From a virus (taxonomy: Duplodnaviria > Caudoviricetes), in the IMG/VR virus record IMGVR_UViG_2882238243_000002, positions 32,001 through 96,000 of that record: DNA of 64,000 bases; one strand, written 5' to 3'. The position numbers and the translations under genes were made by a program. Below, one piece after another: positions 29,150-41,490 of the stretch (positions are counted from its first letter, which is position 1; the number at the start of each line of letters is the position of its first letter). The notes under the pieces are model-generated. The model saw only the letters and a list, made by a program, of their open reading frames with translations, made no database searches and was not told where the DNA came from.

Positions 29150-29374
29150 ATGAATATAAAAACTAATCACGAACTACAACAAGCGGTGAACAAAGCTATT
29201 GAAGAATCAGGAATTAAAAAGACATTCATAGCCGATAAGCTTGGTATAAGTAGACAAGCATTCTATAAAATGATAAATGAAAAAGAGTCTTTTTCTTTAG
29301 ACGATGCAAATAAAATACTTTCTTTGTTAAATCAAGAGACAGAAACTGTAATAAAGAAAGTTGATAAAAAGTAA
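29150..29374 (+). CDS. HTH regulator
   Basis: GIKKTFIADKLGISRQAFYKMI. Confidence 0.85.
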   Translation: MNIKTNHELQQAVNKAIEESGIKKTFIADKLGISRQAFYKMINEKESFSLDDANKILSLLNQETETVIKKVDKK

Positions 29375-29383
29375 TAAAATAAG

Positions 29384-29412
29384 TTGACAGTTACTTCGAA
29401 ACATGATATAAT
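29384..29412 (+). promoter_or_regulatory. Consensus sigma-A promoter
   Basis: TTGACA-17 bp-TATAAT with extended -10 TG. Confidence 0.8.
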
Positions 29413-30343
29413 TATATTAAGTTAAAGGAAAGGAAACAGCGGATCATGAGCTGTTCTCAAAGGTTCATAACCTAACTTTCCAATCGCTCTAATAATCAAA
29501 TAAAGTAGACAGTAGGCAATTACGACACTGAATAGGTGCAAATCCTTAACCGATTATTAGGGTAACAAAAAAGTCCAGTAGCGACAACTACCAGACTTTT
29601 CGGGAATACTGAAATGTGTAAAACAAATTACAATACTCAACCTTCAACAAGTAGAGTATAACACATTTCAAAAAGATTTTCAATTCAGAAAATCAATTCC
29701 CAAACAGAGAATTAAAATGTAACAAAGTTTTACAACCGATTGACAATGATCTAGGCAGCCAGTCGTTAATCTTCAAAAGTTATGAGATAGACACAATTCA
29801 ATATCCTTACTATGAAAATGACAAGGATATCTATATCGTAACTTTCCTATTCTATAAGGGAAGAAGTGAAGCGAAAAGGGTTATAGCTTGAATATATTCT
29901 AGTGTGATTGTCAGAGGGTCACAAGCTAGACACTGTTAGTCAATCCTGTAAAAGTAGACACTTGATAGAATATATAGAAGCCGTTACGGCAGAGCCTAAT
30001 ACCACAAACAATAAAAGTTACTGGTTAAGAATGAAATAGGCTTGCATATAATACGGCATAGAAAAACATAACGAAAACAAAAAAACTTACAGACTTCCTT
30101 ATTATATAGGTAGTCTTTTTATATCTACAAAATTTATTATTTACACAATGCAAGTGATAAAAAGGATCATGAGTATAACGGCTTTTAAAGTATCACGAAC
30201 CACCGCCAAACGGGACATAGTAAACGCTTTCAAAGTAACAGTTAAGAAATGAAAAGCCATACATCGCTTGTATTAGTAAGTAATAAAACAGAGAATTAAT
30301 AAATGTGAACAAAACTTTTTAATTATGGAAAGGATGATAAAAA

Positions 30344-31234
30344 ATGAGACTATCAAAAATTAATGAAAATGATTTACTAGAAAACAAAGAATTAAGAGAG
30401 CAGATGGCAAATAAAGTCGAGGTGTTAGAAAAAGTAAAAGAATTACTTTTAATTCCAAACACAGACAAAGCAACTATACGCCAGGTTGCTGAATATTATG
30501 AGGTAGGGGAAGAAGCAATTAAATCAATCACAAAAAGAAATCGCGATGAACTAGAAGAAGATGGAACAGTCAATTATTCAGGTAATCAAACGAAAGATTT
30601 TTTAGTAGGGTTCAACCTGAACCTAACTAACGGCAAAGGCTATTTTGAAACGGAAGGAATTAAATTTGCATACAAAAGCAATACACTTTTACCACGTAGA
30701 GCAATCCTAAGAGTAGGAATGTTATTACAAGATTCCACCATAGCAAAGGAAGTGCGTACACAGCTACTTAATATAGAAGAAAAGACATCCAACGAAACAA
30801 AAACGCAAGATATTAACGAGGAGCAAGCATTGGCTCTAGCTTTAGGTATGGCACAAGTCAGCGGAGATATTACCGCTATTACAATAGCAACTGGTAATCT
30901 GATAGCCTTTAAAAATCGACACATCGAAAAACTAGAACAGTCGAACAAAGCACTTGCAAACGGCATTCTTGAATGGGAAGACAGAAGCCGGATTAATTTT
31001 GCGGTTAGAAAGATGGCAGCCTTTGCTAATATTCCAGTTGGACAGGCTTGGAATGAACTATACAAACAAATCAAGAATAAATTTCATATTGATTTACAAA
31101 GCAGGGGTATGAAGCCATGGATACAGCATATCAACGAAAAGGAATGGCAATGTGTTATAAAATCTTTTACTGCTTTATGCAAATACTATGAAATAGATTC
31201 AAATGAAATGTTTCATGATTTAAAGATTGAGTAA
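30344..31234 (+). CDS. Phage antirepressor-like DNA-binding protein
   Basis: QVAEYYEV...RRAILRVGMLLQDSTIAKEVRTQLLN, a pattern typical of phage antirepressor-type proteins. Confidence 0.65.
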   Translation: MRLSKINENDLLENKELREQMANKVEVLEKVKELLLIPNTDKATIRQVAEYYEVGEEAIKSITKRNRDELEEDGTVNYSGNQTKDFLVGFNLNLTNGKGYFETEGIKFAYKSNTLLPRRAILRVGMLLQDSTIAKEVRTQLLNIEEKTSNETKTQDINEEQALALALGMAQVSGDITAITIATGNLIAFKNRHIEKLEQSNKALANGILEWEDRSRINFAVRKMAAFANIPVGQAWNELYKQIKNKFHIDLQSRGMKPWIQHINEKEWQCVIKSFTALCKYYEIDSNEMFHDLKIE

Positions 31235-32727
31235 CAAAACAGACTTTCACTTGTCAAAGATGAGAGTCTTTTCTAATTAATAACACGAACTTAACATTGA
31301 TTAGGAGGGCAATAAGATGAAAATAAAAGTAGAAGATATAGGAAGAGGAACACTACTAGACACAAACGGAAATACCTACATTGTAGACGGTGAAGAAGTA
31401 ATGGACGATAACGGAAACGCTTATAATATTTCAGATTATGACGAATACGACAACGTGACAGAAATTGAAAAAATTGTTTAAATTTTATCTTTATAGGTAT
31501 TCATAACTTAATTATTCATTTTGTTGTGGGTATCTATAAGAAATAAAATAGAATCAAATACAAGAAACTAGGAGGTTTAAATAATGTCAAAATTTATATA
31601 TTACAAGGACAAGAACAGCGATAAAACTGCAATGCTCATTATTAGCGATACGGCAGAAATGAGAAACGAAAATAGATATATTTTACAAGTTGGTAAAACC
31701 ATCACGGATCACCCTACGCAGATGGAAGCAGAAATGGAACTGTGTAAGCATGGTATTGTTTGGACAGAACAATCTAAAAAATAAACGGAGGAATGAAACA
31801 ATGAAAAATAAAATAGTTAAGTCAATTGCCTTAATATCACTTGTAACGTTTTCATTTTTAACTGGGCTGAACATTAACAAACAGCCGATTAGTAATTCAA
31901 TTCCTATTGCTGACATAGCTGAAATGAAAATTAATGACGATGGTTATTATCAGCTTACTTTAAAAGACATTGGACATATTGATGATGATATTAACAATGT
32001 TAGATATGACGAAGTGTTGAAAATAATTAATAAGTAGGAAGGAGACGCCAAACGCTATGAAAAAATATGATTTCTCAGAATTAGGAATTAATAAATTTTA
32101 TGATACTGTATGTGATGAATCAGCCGATAAAATTCATTCAGTTATGGAAGAGGTAAACAATTCACCTTTACAGATAACAGAGGAACAGAACGCACGATTT
32201 AAAGAAATTTATGACGGTATAGCAATAATAATCACGATCGGAAATCAAACAATCTCTATTCCTAATAATGCCGACAATATAGATACTATTATAGCAGCTA
32301 TTAAAGAATGTTTTAATCAAACATTGTAACAATAAAATTCTTATTTAATTGGGTGGCATAAAGGGAAACTGATATGGCTCGCTGACGACATTTAGAGATG
32401 CTATAAACAATAATGACCCATTAAAACTATTCATGTAAGCGAAAAGGAGATAACAAAAATGAAAAAACCGGACATTGAGAAAATGGACAATATGGATCTT
32501 ATATACCTACTATGTATCAATCATACTAAAGAAACGAAAACGGCACGAAAAGAAGAAAAAATCTGTATAGAAACTTTATGGAAACGTGGCATAGTGAACA
32601 AGGAAACAATGTTAAAGAAGTTTGATATTGAGTAAAACATAAGAAAGAGGTATTTCGTAAGTTTTTAAATTGCTTGAAAAATTTCATATATTCAGTTATA
32701 ATAATTACATTATCGGAATAAGAAAGG

Positions 32728-32952
32728 GTGATCTATATATTAACTACACAACAAAAAATAAAAGTTGCTTGTGACGTTGCAGGTATGAGTTTAACAGAAC
32801 TTGGGGCAAAAATGGGAATGAGTCAAGCTAATTTTTCAAAACGTTTAAAGGTTGGGAAATTTACACAAGATGAATATATAGAAATGGCTAAATGCTTAGG
32901 CTGTAAATATATTTCATGTTTTGAATTTCCAGATGGTAACAAAGTAGAGTAG
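32728..32952 (+). CDS. XRE-family HTH regulator
   Basis: MSLTELGAKMGMSQANFSKRLK. Confidence 0.85.
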   Translation: MIYILTTQQKIKVACDVAGMSLTELGAKMGMSQANFSKRLKVGKFTQDEYIEMAKCLGCKYISCFEFPDGNKVE

Positions 32953-33028
32953 CATTATACAAATACGTATAGTGCTTTTTTATTACATTAAAATATAACT
33001 AAAAAGTAATAAATATTATTAAAAGGTG

Positions 33029-33057
33029 TTGACATACCAAAATGGTTATGATATTAT
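33029..33057 (+). promoter_or_regulatory. sigma-A promoter for ardA
   Basis: TTGACA-17 bp-TATTAT with TG extension. Confidence 0.7.
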
Positions 33058-33117
33058 AAATATAACGAAACAGTAATTAAAACAACTATTAAGTGATTAT
33101 GTAAGAAAGGTTAAAAG

Positions 33118-33666
33118 GTGGATAATATGACAACTACAACAAATAGAGATAATTCAACAATTAAGATTTTTATAACAAATTTAGGAAAATACAATGAAGG
33201 TCATTTGGTTGGCGAATGGGTAAACCTTCCAATGACAGAGGAAGAAAAAGAAGCAGTTTTGGAACGTATCGGAATTAATGAAGAATACGAAGAGTATTTT
33301 ATAACTGACTACGAAACAGATCTAAACGGCTTTAAAATCGGAGAGTATGACAGTATAGACGAGCTGAACGAGTTAGCCGATGAGTTGGAAAGTTTGGACG
33401 AGTACGAAAGGGAAATAATAGAAGCTTGTATAAGCAACGGATTAACATTTGATGAAGCAATGGAGCAAAAAGACGATTGTACGGTTTACTACAATTGTAA
33501 TGATATGTCAGACGTTGCGGAACAGTACGCAGACGAAACGGGGTTATTGAATAGTATTCCCGAAAACTTACAAAGCTATTTTGATTTTGAAGCTTTTGGT
33601 CGTGATATGGGTTACGAAGGAACATTTATTTTTACTAATAACGGTAACTGTGTACAAATTTATTAA
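33118..33666 (+). CDS. ardA: Antirestriction protein ArdA
   Basis: IFITNLGKYNEGHLVGEWVNLP, EEYFITDYE, YFDFEAFGRD; very acidic (DNA mimic). Confidence 0.93.
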   Translation: MDNMTTTTNRDNSTIKIFITNLGKYNEGHLVGEWVNLPMTEEEKEAVLERIGINEEYEEYFITDYETDLNGFKIGEYDSIDELNELADELESLDEYEREIIEACISNGLTFDEAMEQKDDCTVYYNCNDMSDVAEQYADETGLLNSIPENLQSYFDFEAFGRDMGYEGTFIFTNNGNCVQIY

Positions 33667-33875
33667 TTCTTTAGCGGTGGCGGTTAAGCCGTGGGATATT
33701 CAGTTATCCGCCAGCTATTCAACTTGTGAAGTAACAAGTTACCATTTAACGGAATAACAAAAAGAGCGGAAAGCTGACACGCTAACCGCCCTAATGGAAT
33801 AGAACACTTGAAAAGTTATTTCTACTCACTATCGCAAATATGAGTATAAAAGTATTTTACATTCTTTTCAAGTCT

Positions 33876-33887
33876 GAACATTCGTTC
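33876..33887. promoter_or_regulatory. LexA/SOS (Cheo) box upstream of antirepressor
   Basis: GAAC-ATTC-GTTC. Confidence 0.6.
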
Positions 33888-34083
33888 ACTATTCCAAAGT
33901 TGGCACATTGATAACTTCATACGTTGCAGCCGTGAAGGATACGCAGAAATTACCCTAGATAACATGTAGGTGATGCTACAAGGGTATAAGTTGATTGTAA
34001 GACCTGGAACAGCGAATAAAGCGGATAATAAAGCCAGAGGAACTATAACGGAAGGATGCAACAAAAACCAAAAATAGAAAGGA

Positions 34084-34845
34084 ATGATTGGCTTGAAAAC
34101 AGAAGTAAAAGAAATACCGTTCAACGGTAACACCTTATTAGGTGTAAAAGATGCAAGCGGGCAAGTGTGGCTGGCAGTAAAGAAAGTGTGTCTTGATATA
34201 GGTTTATCAGAAGGACAGGCACAAAGGCAAATAACAAATATTCAAGAGGAAGAGCCGTTAAAATCCAACTGTTGCAAATTTGCAATAGTTCAAACAGAAG
34301 GAAATAGAGAGATAAAGAGAAAGCAACTATTTCTAAATGAAAAGGTTGTGACTTTATGGCTTGCTAAAATTTCACTAACTCCGACTGTTAAGCGAAAAAG
34401 TCCGGAAGCATATAATAAACTTCTGAAATACCAACTAGAAGCCGCTGACATACTTCACAAAGCATTTTATGAGACAGAGGAACAGAAGACTACTTTAAAT
34501 TCTAAAATGGGATTAGAAGGGCATCTTGAAATTTTACAAGTACAGATTAACAACATGGAAAACATGTTAGAAACACAAACGGAAAAGCTTGATAGAGTAG
34601 TTGAAAATATGACACTCTCAACCAGACAGCAACAAAAATTATATAAGGCAGCAAAAGACCGAATTAATTATCTGTTGGGTGGCGCACATTCAAAGAACTA
34701 TAAAGCTAATGCCAAAAGCTACTTTATTAACCTTTGGAATAGCTTAAAATCTCGTTTTGAGTGTGGCAGATACAAGGATCTGAATCCTATTTACTATAAT
34801 GAAGCGTTTGACTTCATTTCTGAATGGGAATATACAGAAGCATAA
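34084..34845 (+). CDS. Phage antirepressor (P22 AR N-terminal-like + ORF6C-like)
   Basis: EIPFNGNTLLGV...VTLWLAKIS...YQLEAADILHKAF; C-terminal FECGRYKDL. Confidence 0.8.
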   Translation: MIGLKTEVKEIPFNGNTLLGVKDASGQVWLAVKKVCLDIGLSEGQAQRQITNIQEEEPLKSNCCKFAIVQTEGNREIKRKQLFLNEKVVTLWLAKISLTPTVKRKSPEAYNKLLKYQLEAADILHKAFYETEEQKTTLNSKMGLEGHLEILQVQINNMENMLETQTEKLDRVVENMTLSTRQQQKLYKAAKDRINYLLGGAHSKNYKANAKSYFINLWNSLKSRFECGRYKDLNPIYYNEAFDFISEWEYTEA

Positions 34846-37800
34846 CACAATGACATAATTCACGTTTTACATACAGCTTGTAGTGGTCAAACGTTACAAG
34901 CTGATTTGTTCCACTCTGTAGAGTGATGGAAATAGTCTTGTATTTTCCTATTCAAAGAAAGTAGTTGTTAATGGAGAATATAAAAACCACTTGAAAAGTA
35001 AGTTTTATTTGAAGAATGGAGGAATTAACACAATGGATAATTACACATTAAAAAATTATAAAATTACTTTTGAAAGAAGTAATAAAAGTATCGGTTATGA
35101 TTTTTTTAAAGCAACTTCAGAAGCGGAAGCAAGGTATAATTTTAAAGAATGTTATAGGCATGACGTGTATAAAATTATATCAGTAGAACAAGTAAGGTAG
35201 TCTAACAGCTACCTTTTTATATTTAGAATGGAGGGTTAGACATATGGCAGCCTGTAAAACATGGAATTATCCAGAAACAGAAACTACAAAACAGTTTGAA
35301 AAGTTGTTTTCTAAAATAGATAACATTATTATTAATAAATGGTACCAGATTAATAATAATCCTACTTTTATTTATGAGAATAACAAATTTTATTATCACA
35401 TGGCCATAACAAAAAGGAATAGTATAGGGTTTTATATTGATGATTATGTTCTAAGTCGTAAAGGAGAATTGGTATACATTACAACGTATGGATATTTTAA
35501 GACCAAAGAAGATCTAATGAAATTCTTGAATAGTAAAACAATGTAGCGGAGGTATAAACATATGGAGAATATAGCATTAAACAACGGTCAAACCGTCTTA
35601 ATCGGCTCAAATAGAGACATTGTAGAAGTAGTTGAAGAACATTGCAGCTATGAACTTGCAAGCCTTATATCGTCAAGAATAGTGGATATAGACGCAGAAA
35701 GATTATATGCAGAAGAACGAGCACAAACTGATGCAGACAGTTATCTTTCAGATCTGGAAAGTAAAGAATGTTGTTTGCGTGACGTATTGGAAATTGCAGA
35801 AGGATTGACGGAATATATTGAAGATGCAAAGAGGATTAACAAGGACACTATTTATCAAAAGATAAATGAACTTATAAAACTAATCGGAAATGAATTATAA
35901 AATGGAGGAATCAAAAATGGAAATCAAAAACTTATCACAATTAAAGAAAGCAATTGCAGCCGGTAACATATTTATTATCAAAGATCACAGAGTATCGGAG
36001 TTTATAGGGAAAAAGCGTAAAGGTAATGTAATTCAGACCAATGGAATATATTCCATTGTACCAGACGAACCAGAAAACAGAATTAATCAAGCCAATGGAA
36101 GAAAGGGTTCCTGGTTAGAATATGGTAAAGCTTCAGAATGGAAGTTTGATAATGGAATATGTACACTTTATAACGGAGAACATAAACCGGAAAATCTGGT
36201 AATGTCCTTCGTTTTTGAATGATTGGAGGAAATAAGATGACGAATATTATTAAAGCAGGAACATATAAGGTGGAAATTGAATTTACACTAGAAGAAGATA
36301 CAGCAGAAAGCGTATTAGATAATATCTTTGAAGATGCGATGTATAATAACTTCAATGATATTTCTTCAAGTGATGTTGGAGAATATGTAAAAGTGAATGA
36401 AGATAATAAAAATACAATTATGTAATGAAAGACGAATTTCAAGCCTGTTTGGGCAGAAAGTAGGGGTTAATATATGAAAGAATTTAGAGTTGTAGACGAA
36501 GATATGAATGTTTACGGAGAATTTGATGGAATAGTGGCAGCTTGTAGAGAGTCAAATAAAGTTAGTGGTACTTCTGTATATGTGATGGATTTAAAAACTA
36601 AAACAATTAAAGAAATTTTATCAGATAAAACAGTTGAGTATTTTGCTAATTATGAACTAAGCCATGTCAGATAAAAGGAAAATTTCATATAAGGATTGGA
36701 GGAAATTAAAATGAAAATTAAAAACATTGATTGGGATGCAGACAGTGAAGATGTTTTATCCCTTCCGACAGAAGTAAATGTCCCAGAATGCATACCAGAA
36801 GAAGATATAGCAGATTACCTTTCAGACACTTATGAATTTTGCGTCAAGAGTTTTGAAATGAAGCATTAATAAACAAAAATGACTTAAACGGTCGGAAAGT
36901 AGGCAGGCAATGAAAAGATTAGGGATGTTTAGTGGAAAAATATACAGTGAAGAAGATAAAACTATGAATGAATGTAGTTTATGCATTACAGAAAAACAGG
37001 CAAATGATAACGAATATATCAGTAAAAAGAAAGAAGAAAATCTTTCTAAGTGTGGCGGTTGTTTCGGTTGCCCAATGTCTAATATGATGATTTAATATTC
37101 AATCAAAAATAGATTTCAGTAAATGGTAGGAAGATAAACATAACATTAAATCGTTCTACTTATGGAAAATCAGAAACTAAACAGAGAATAACAGTAGGAA
37201 GGTAAAAGCCTTCCTTTTATGTTGCAAAAATGGAGGAATTTAAAATGTTAGCACGAAAGAAGGTTATCTATCAACCATTTTCAGTATGCACCACGTTAGA
37301 AGATGTAAGACGGCAGCGCAGAATAACGAAAGCATATTATATTAAACAGAAGTTATTAGGTTTATTGATGCTTGTAATAGGCATAATTTCGCTCTTTACA
37401 GTACATGACGGTACATTTTTTATGATGTCTATATTGATTGGTTTGTACTTGGTATTTACGCAACAAAAGGTAACTATATTCAGAAAGGGGTAACAGCTAT
37501 GAGAATAACAGGAATAATGATCAATGGAATAGAAGTAATTCCAGAACATGGACACTATTTGTTACAAAAGGATAATACGAAAATGAGATGCGATTTCGGA
37601 GAATTAAATGAGTGTATACCAGAATTTGAAGAATATTTAGAGGAAGCAAAACAAAAATTGCAAACAGCATAAATTAACAGGAGGAGGATTTATCATGAGA
37701 GAAATAGATTTAATTCGTAACTACTATGCTCTTTTAATTAGCATTTGTAAACGGAAAAGCGCAAAAGAATCTTTAATTGATATGAGGATATCGCCAGAAA

Positions 37801-40763
37801 CAAAATAATACATATTGCCGGCTATTCAGTGAAAAATAGTCGCTTACCGTCAAAAACAAACGGATGTACCGGAAGGGAATTATATTTCTTTCGCTAACCT
37901 CGTGTAATTGGAGGTAGAAAAATAATAAAAACGCGGCTGGTAATTTTCAAAGGTTATCAGCCGATTTTAGAGAACGGTGTACTTCTCAAAGTAACAGGAA
38001 AACGCATTTCAATATAAGATTGGAGGAAATAATAATATGTTGGTTTATATAGTAAATGAACGCACAAACGGAAAAAACGGTTCCTTATTTGGTGGAATAT
38101 TTAGCACTAAAGAAAAGGCTAAGCAAGTAGCAGATAGAGAAAATAGCAGAAAAAATAAACCTAATGATGTATGGTTTGATTATGTTGGAATTGAAGTTGA
38201 TGATGATTTTAGAGCCAAATATTAACTTGAAATTCACATTTCAAGACTAATTAGAAAGGAAAAGGATAGGTGAAATATATGAATTTTTATCTAATACAAC
38301 GTGGGAGTTTTAAAGAATTAAATAATGATTATGAAGGGCTTACAGGTAGAAATGGGCTTATTGATTTAGATTATATGGGTTCATCAGAGTTTGAGTGGGG
38401 AGCAATTCCTAAAGCATATCGTAGAATTATGGGAAATAGAGAAAATTATATTTTTTATTATTGCCATGATATAAAAGACTACAGAGGAAAAATCCTTGTA
38501 ATTTTTTGCAAGAAAGAAAATGCAGAAGCAATTGAAGAAGAATTAAAAAGATATATTAAAGAACATTACCATCTCAAAGAGTTTTGTACTCTTCATGCAC
38601 ATTTAGAAGGGTCGAAAAAGAATAGGATGAATGAATATCAAATTGGAAAAGATTTTTTTTGGTGTATTGATATAGGAGAAGATATATCTGATTGGATGGC
38701 GTGGTTTGGAATGGATAAATTGACAGTATTTAAAAATATGATTGATAAAGATTATAACGAATGGTGGATGAAGAAGGCAGAGTCAGAAAGAATAGATGAA
38801 TATAACAAAGCATTGAATTGGTAACATATATAATGAAATGTACCTTTCTTATGGTATAGATTGGAGAAAAACGATATGAAACGTATGGGATTCTATACTG
38901 GAAAAATATATGATGATTCTGTTAATCCAGCAGACATTAAAGAATGTTGTCAGTATATCAATTACAAAGAACCTATTCTTGATGATGAAGAGCTGATTAT
39001 CAGAAAACGCAAGTTGTTACATGAAAGATGTATTGAATGTAACAGTTGTGAAGAATCGAAAAAAGGTGAATGATGTCTTTCAATAGAGGAGGAATAACGA
39101 GATGAAGTGGAAATTATTTTGTACTATTACAATGGGAACTTATCATATAGAGGCAGATAGTTTATATTCAGCAAAAAAGCAATTAGCAGCACAACTTGGC
39201 GTACCTGTTAGTTGCATAGATGATTACAGATAAAATGCACGTTTCTTATGGTAGGTATTGTAATTATAGAAAAAAGTTAAAACACATTGAAAATACTTGT
39301 TTGATATAGAGAGGAGAAAACTATGAAAGTTAGGGAATATATAATAAGATTAAGAAATGATAATCCAGAGGCGTACATGGTTGCCTATAAATCTCAAGAA
39401 GGAGACGGAGACAGTGCACATTTAAGCATCATATCTTTCCTGACGAAGTATGGTGATAGAAATATGGGTGACGAATATCATGATGATTTTTGTCATGCCG
39501 ATGGAACAAGAAATCTTAATCAATTCATAAAGAGAATATATACGGTATAAACAGAATGCTGATTTTAAATTGAAAGGTAAGAATATGAGAGAAGATTTCA
39601 AAGTGGTTGAAAAGAATGGAAAACAATATAGAAAAAATCTTAATACAACAGGAATGTGCGTTTATTATTCTGATTTGAGGTGTGTATGCTGTAATCCAGA
39701 TTGTAGCTATAACTGTAGTATTGATGATGAAATAGAAGAACAGTTAGAAAATGATTTTCTGAAAAGATGAAATCGGAATTTAGTCTGGATAAATATTATC
39801 AGTAGAACTAAATTAAACTTTAAAGAGGTGAAAAATGGTAAATAATGAATACCCAAAAACAAGCAGGACAAAGTTAAGAGGAAAACCTCTTGATGATGAT
39901 TGCAAAAAAGCAAATACAACTACACATGAAATGGGTATGAAAGATAACAGGGTATTTTGCCGTGGATTATATGCGTGTGGTGGAATGTCGGAAGATATTG
40001 ATAAAAAATGCCTTTTATGTGGAGCGTATGTATTTAACGATTTAAGTTAGGAGAAAATATGGAAAATATTAAAATGATTGTAGAATCACTATTGGGAGTA
40101 GCGGAGGCTACTTATGAAGTATGCACAGATGAAATCGAAAAGGCAAGAATGGATGGATAAGTAAGAGCGTACAGAGAAGTTCTTTCTCACCTAAATTAGC
40201 CTTTCGAAAAGGAGAATATATGACAGATAATGATTTAAATGATTTGGCAATACAAACGATGAGTAGTTTAATTGAATATTACGGTAATTCAGACAGCAGA
40301 AGCATTGATTGTAAAAGGGCAAAAAATTTATTAATAAAAAACTCTTTGAAAATTTACAAGGGTAATTATACATGTCCCTCCTGCAGCACATTTAATTCTG
40401 TATGGGAAAGCAGAGAACATACAGTTAAAAACGATGTTGTGTATTGTTGGCATTGCGGACAAAAAGTTCAATTAAAATAAATTAGTCTTTAATGAGGTGT
40501 TGAACATTGAAAACTTAATATTGATAGTTAGTGGTATTGTGGTACAATATAGGTATTGATGAGTAGTAAATTGGAACTTTGGAGGAGATAATGAAATGAA
40601 AGTAATGATTAAAATGATTGCTGCCGTAATTATATTTCTAGTTTATTATATTGTGTTTTGTGCAATAGAAGGTATAGATATGGGTGACCCATGGAAAAAA
40701 TTAATGAAATGGGCAAAAAGTTAATTGGTATAGTCCTTGTAAATTTAATAGTCTTGAGATATC

Positions 40764-40800
40764 AACTACTAACTACAAATATTAAGTTAGTAGTTTTTTT
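40764..40800 (+). terminator. Rho-independent terminator
   Basis: AACTACTAACT...AGTTAGTAGTT followed by a T run. Confidence 0.75.
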
Positions 40801-40988
40801 ACGCGAAAAATAGCTAGTTAAACTAAGCATTAGTGGGTAAGAAAAGATGAAACATAGGTTTCAACCGGCACTGGGTTGTGTCGCTGACCATTAAAAACTA
40901 ATGGTAGATATTTCAAGATTATAGTATAATAACAATAACAGAATATAGTGGATAAAGACCTACATGGTAGGCAGAAAGAGGTATAGGA

Positions 40989-41201
40989 ATGGTAGGATTG
41001 ATAATTATAGGTGCAATAGCTTGGATAGCATGGCAAGTACTTAAAGACGTATCTACAACACCGTATGATCCGGGTTCGTATGGTGGTTCACATGAAGCGC
41101 AGACGAAATTCAGACAGGATATCTCAAAAGTCAGTTTTGGTGAGATGTCACAAAGGGAACTTGACAGAAATACCCGTAACGGAAAATATAGAGACAAATA
41201 A
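40989..41201 (+). CDS. Small membrane-anchored protein
   Basis: N-terminal hydrophobic MVGLIIIGAIAWIAW. Confidence 0.6.
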   Translation: MVGLIIIGAIAWIAWQVLKDVSTTPYDPGSYGGSHEAQTKFRQDISKVSFGEMSQRELDRNTRNGKYRDK

Positions 41202-41214
41202 GGAGGAGTTTATT

Positions 41215-41490
41215 ATGGGAGTAGCAGAATTTTTTATAGGATTATTTTTGATTTTAGGAACTTATATTTTTATTAAAATGCCAAGATGGAAATCGGACAA
41301 TAGGGTATCACCGCCAGGATATACGACAGACTATCATAAAATGAACGTTGACAGAAATAATGGTATGAATCAGCGTGATATTGATAATAAAAATATTAAT
41401 GGTGGTTATGATGTGAAAGCAGATAAAAACGGTTGTCCGGACAGAAGTGAAAGCGGAACAAATTGGATGTATGGCGGAAAATCTGAATAA
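41215..41490 (+). CDS. Small membrane-anchored protein
   Basis: AGGAGG RBS; MGVAEFFIGLFLILGTYIFI. Confidence 0.6.
   Translation: MGVAEFFIGLFLILGTYIFIKMPRWKSDNRVSPPGYTTDYHKMNVDRNNGMNQRDIDNKNINGGYDVKADKNGCPDRSESGTNWMYGGKSE

Noticed and set aside
34991-35032. TTG start giving an MKSKFY N-terminal extension
   Set aside because: The extension is the junction palindrome itself; the real start is the ATG at 35033 after GGAGG
40830-40905. Possible riboswitch after the terminator
   Set aside because: Small hairpins are present but no riboswitch consensus could be recognised
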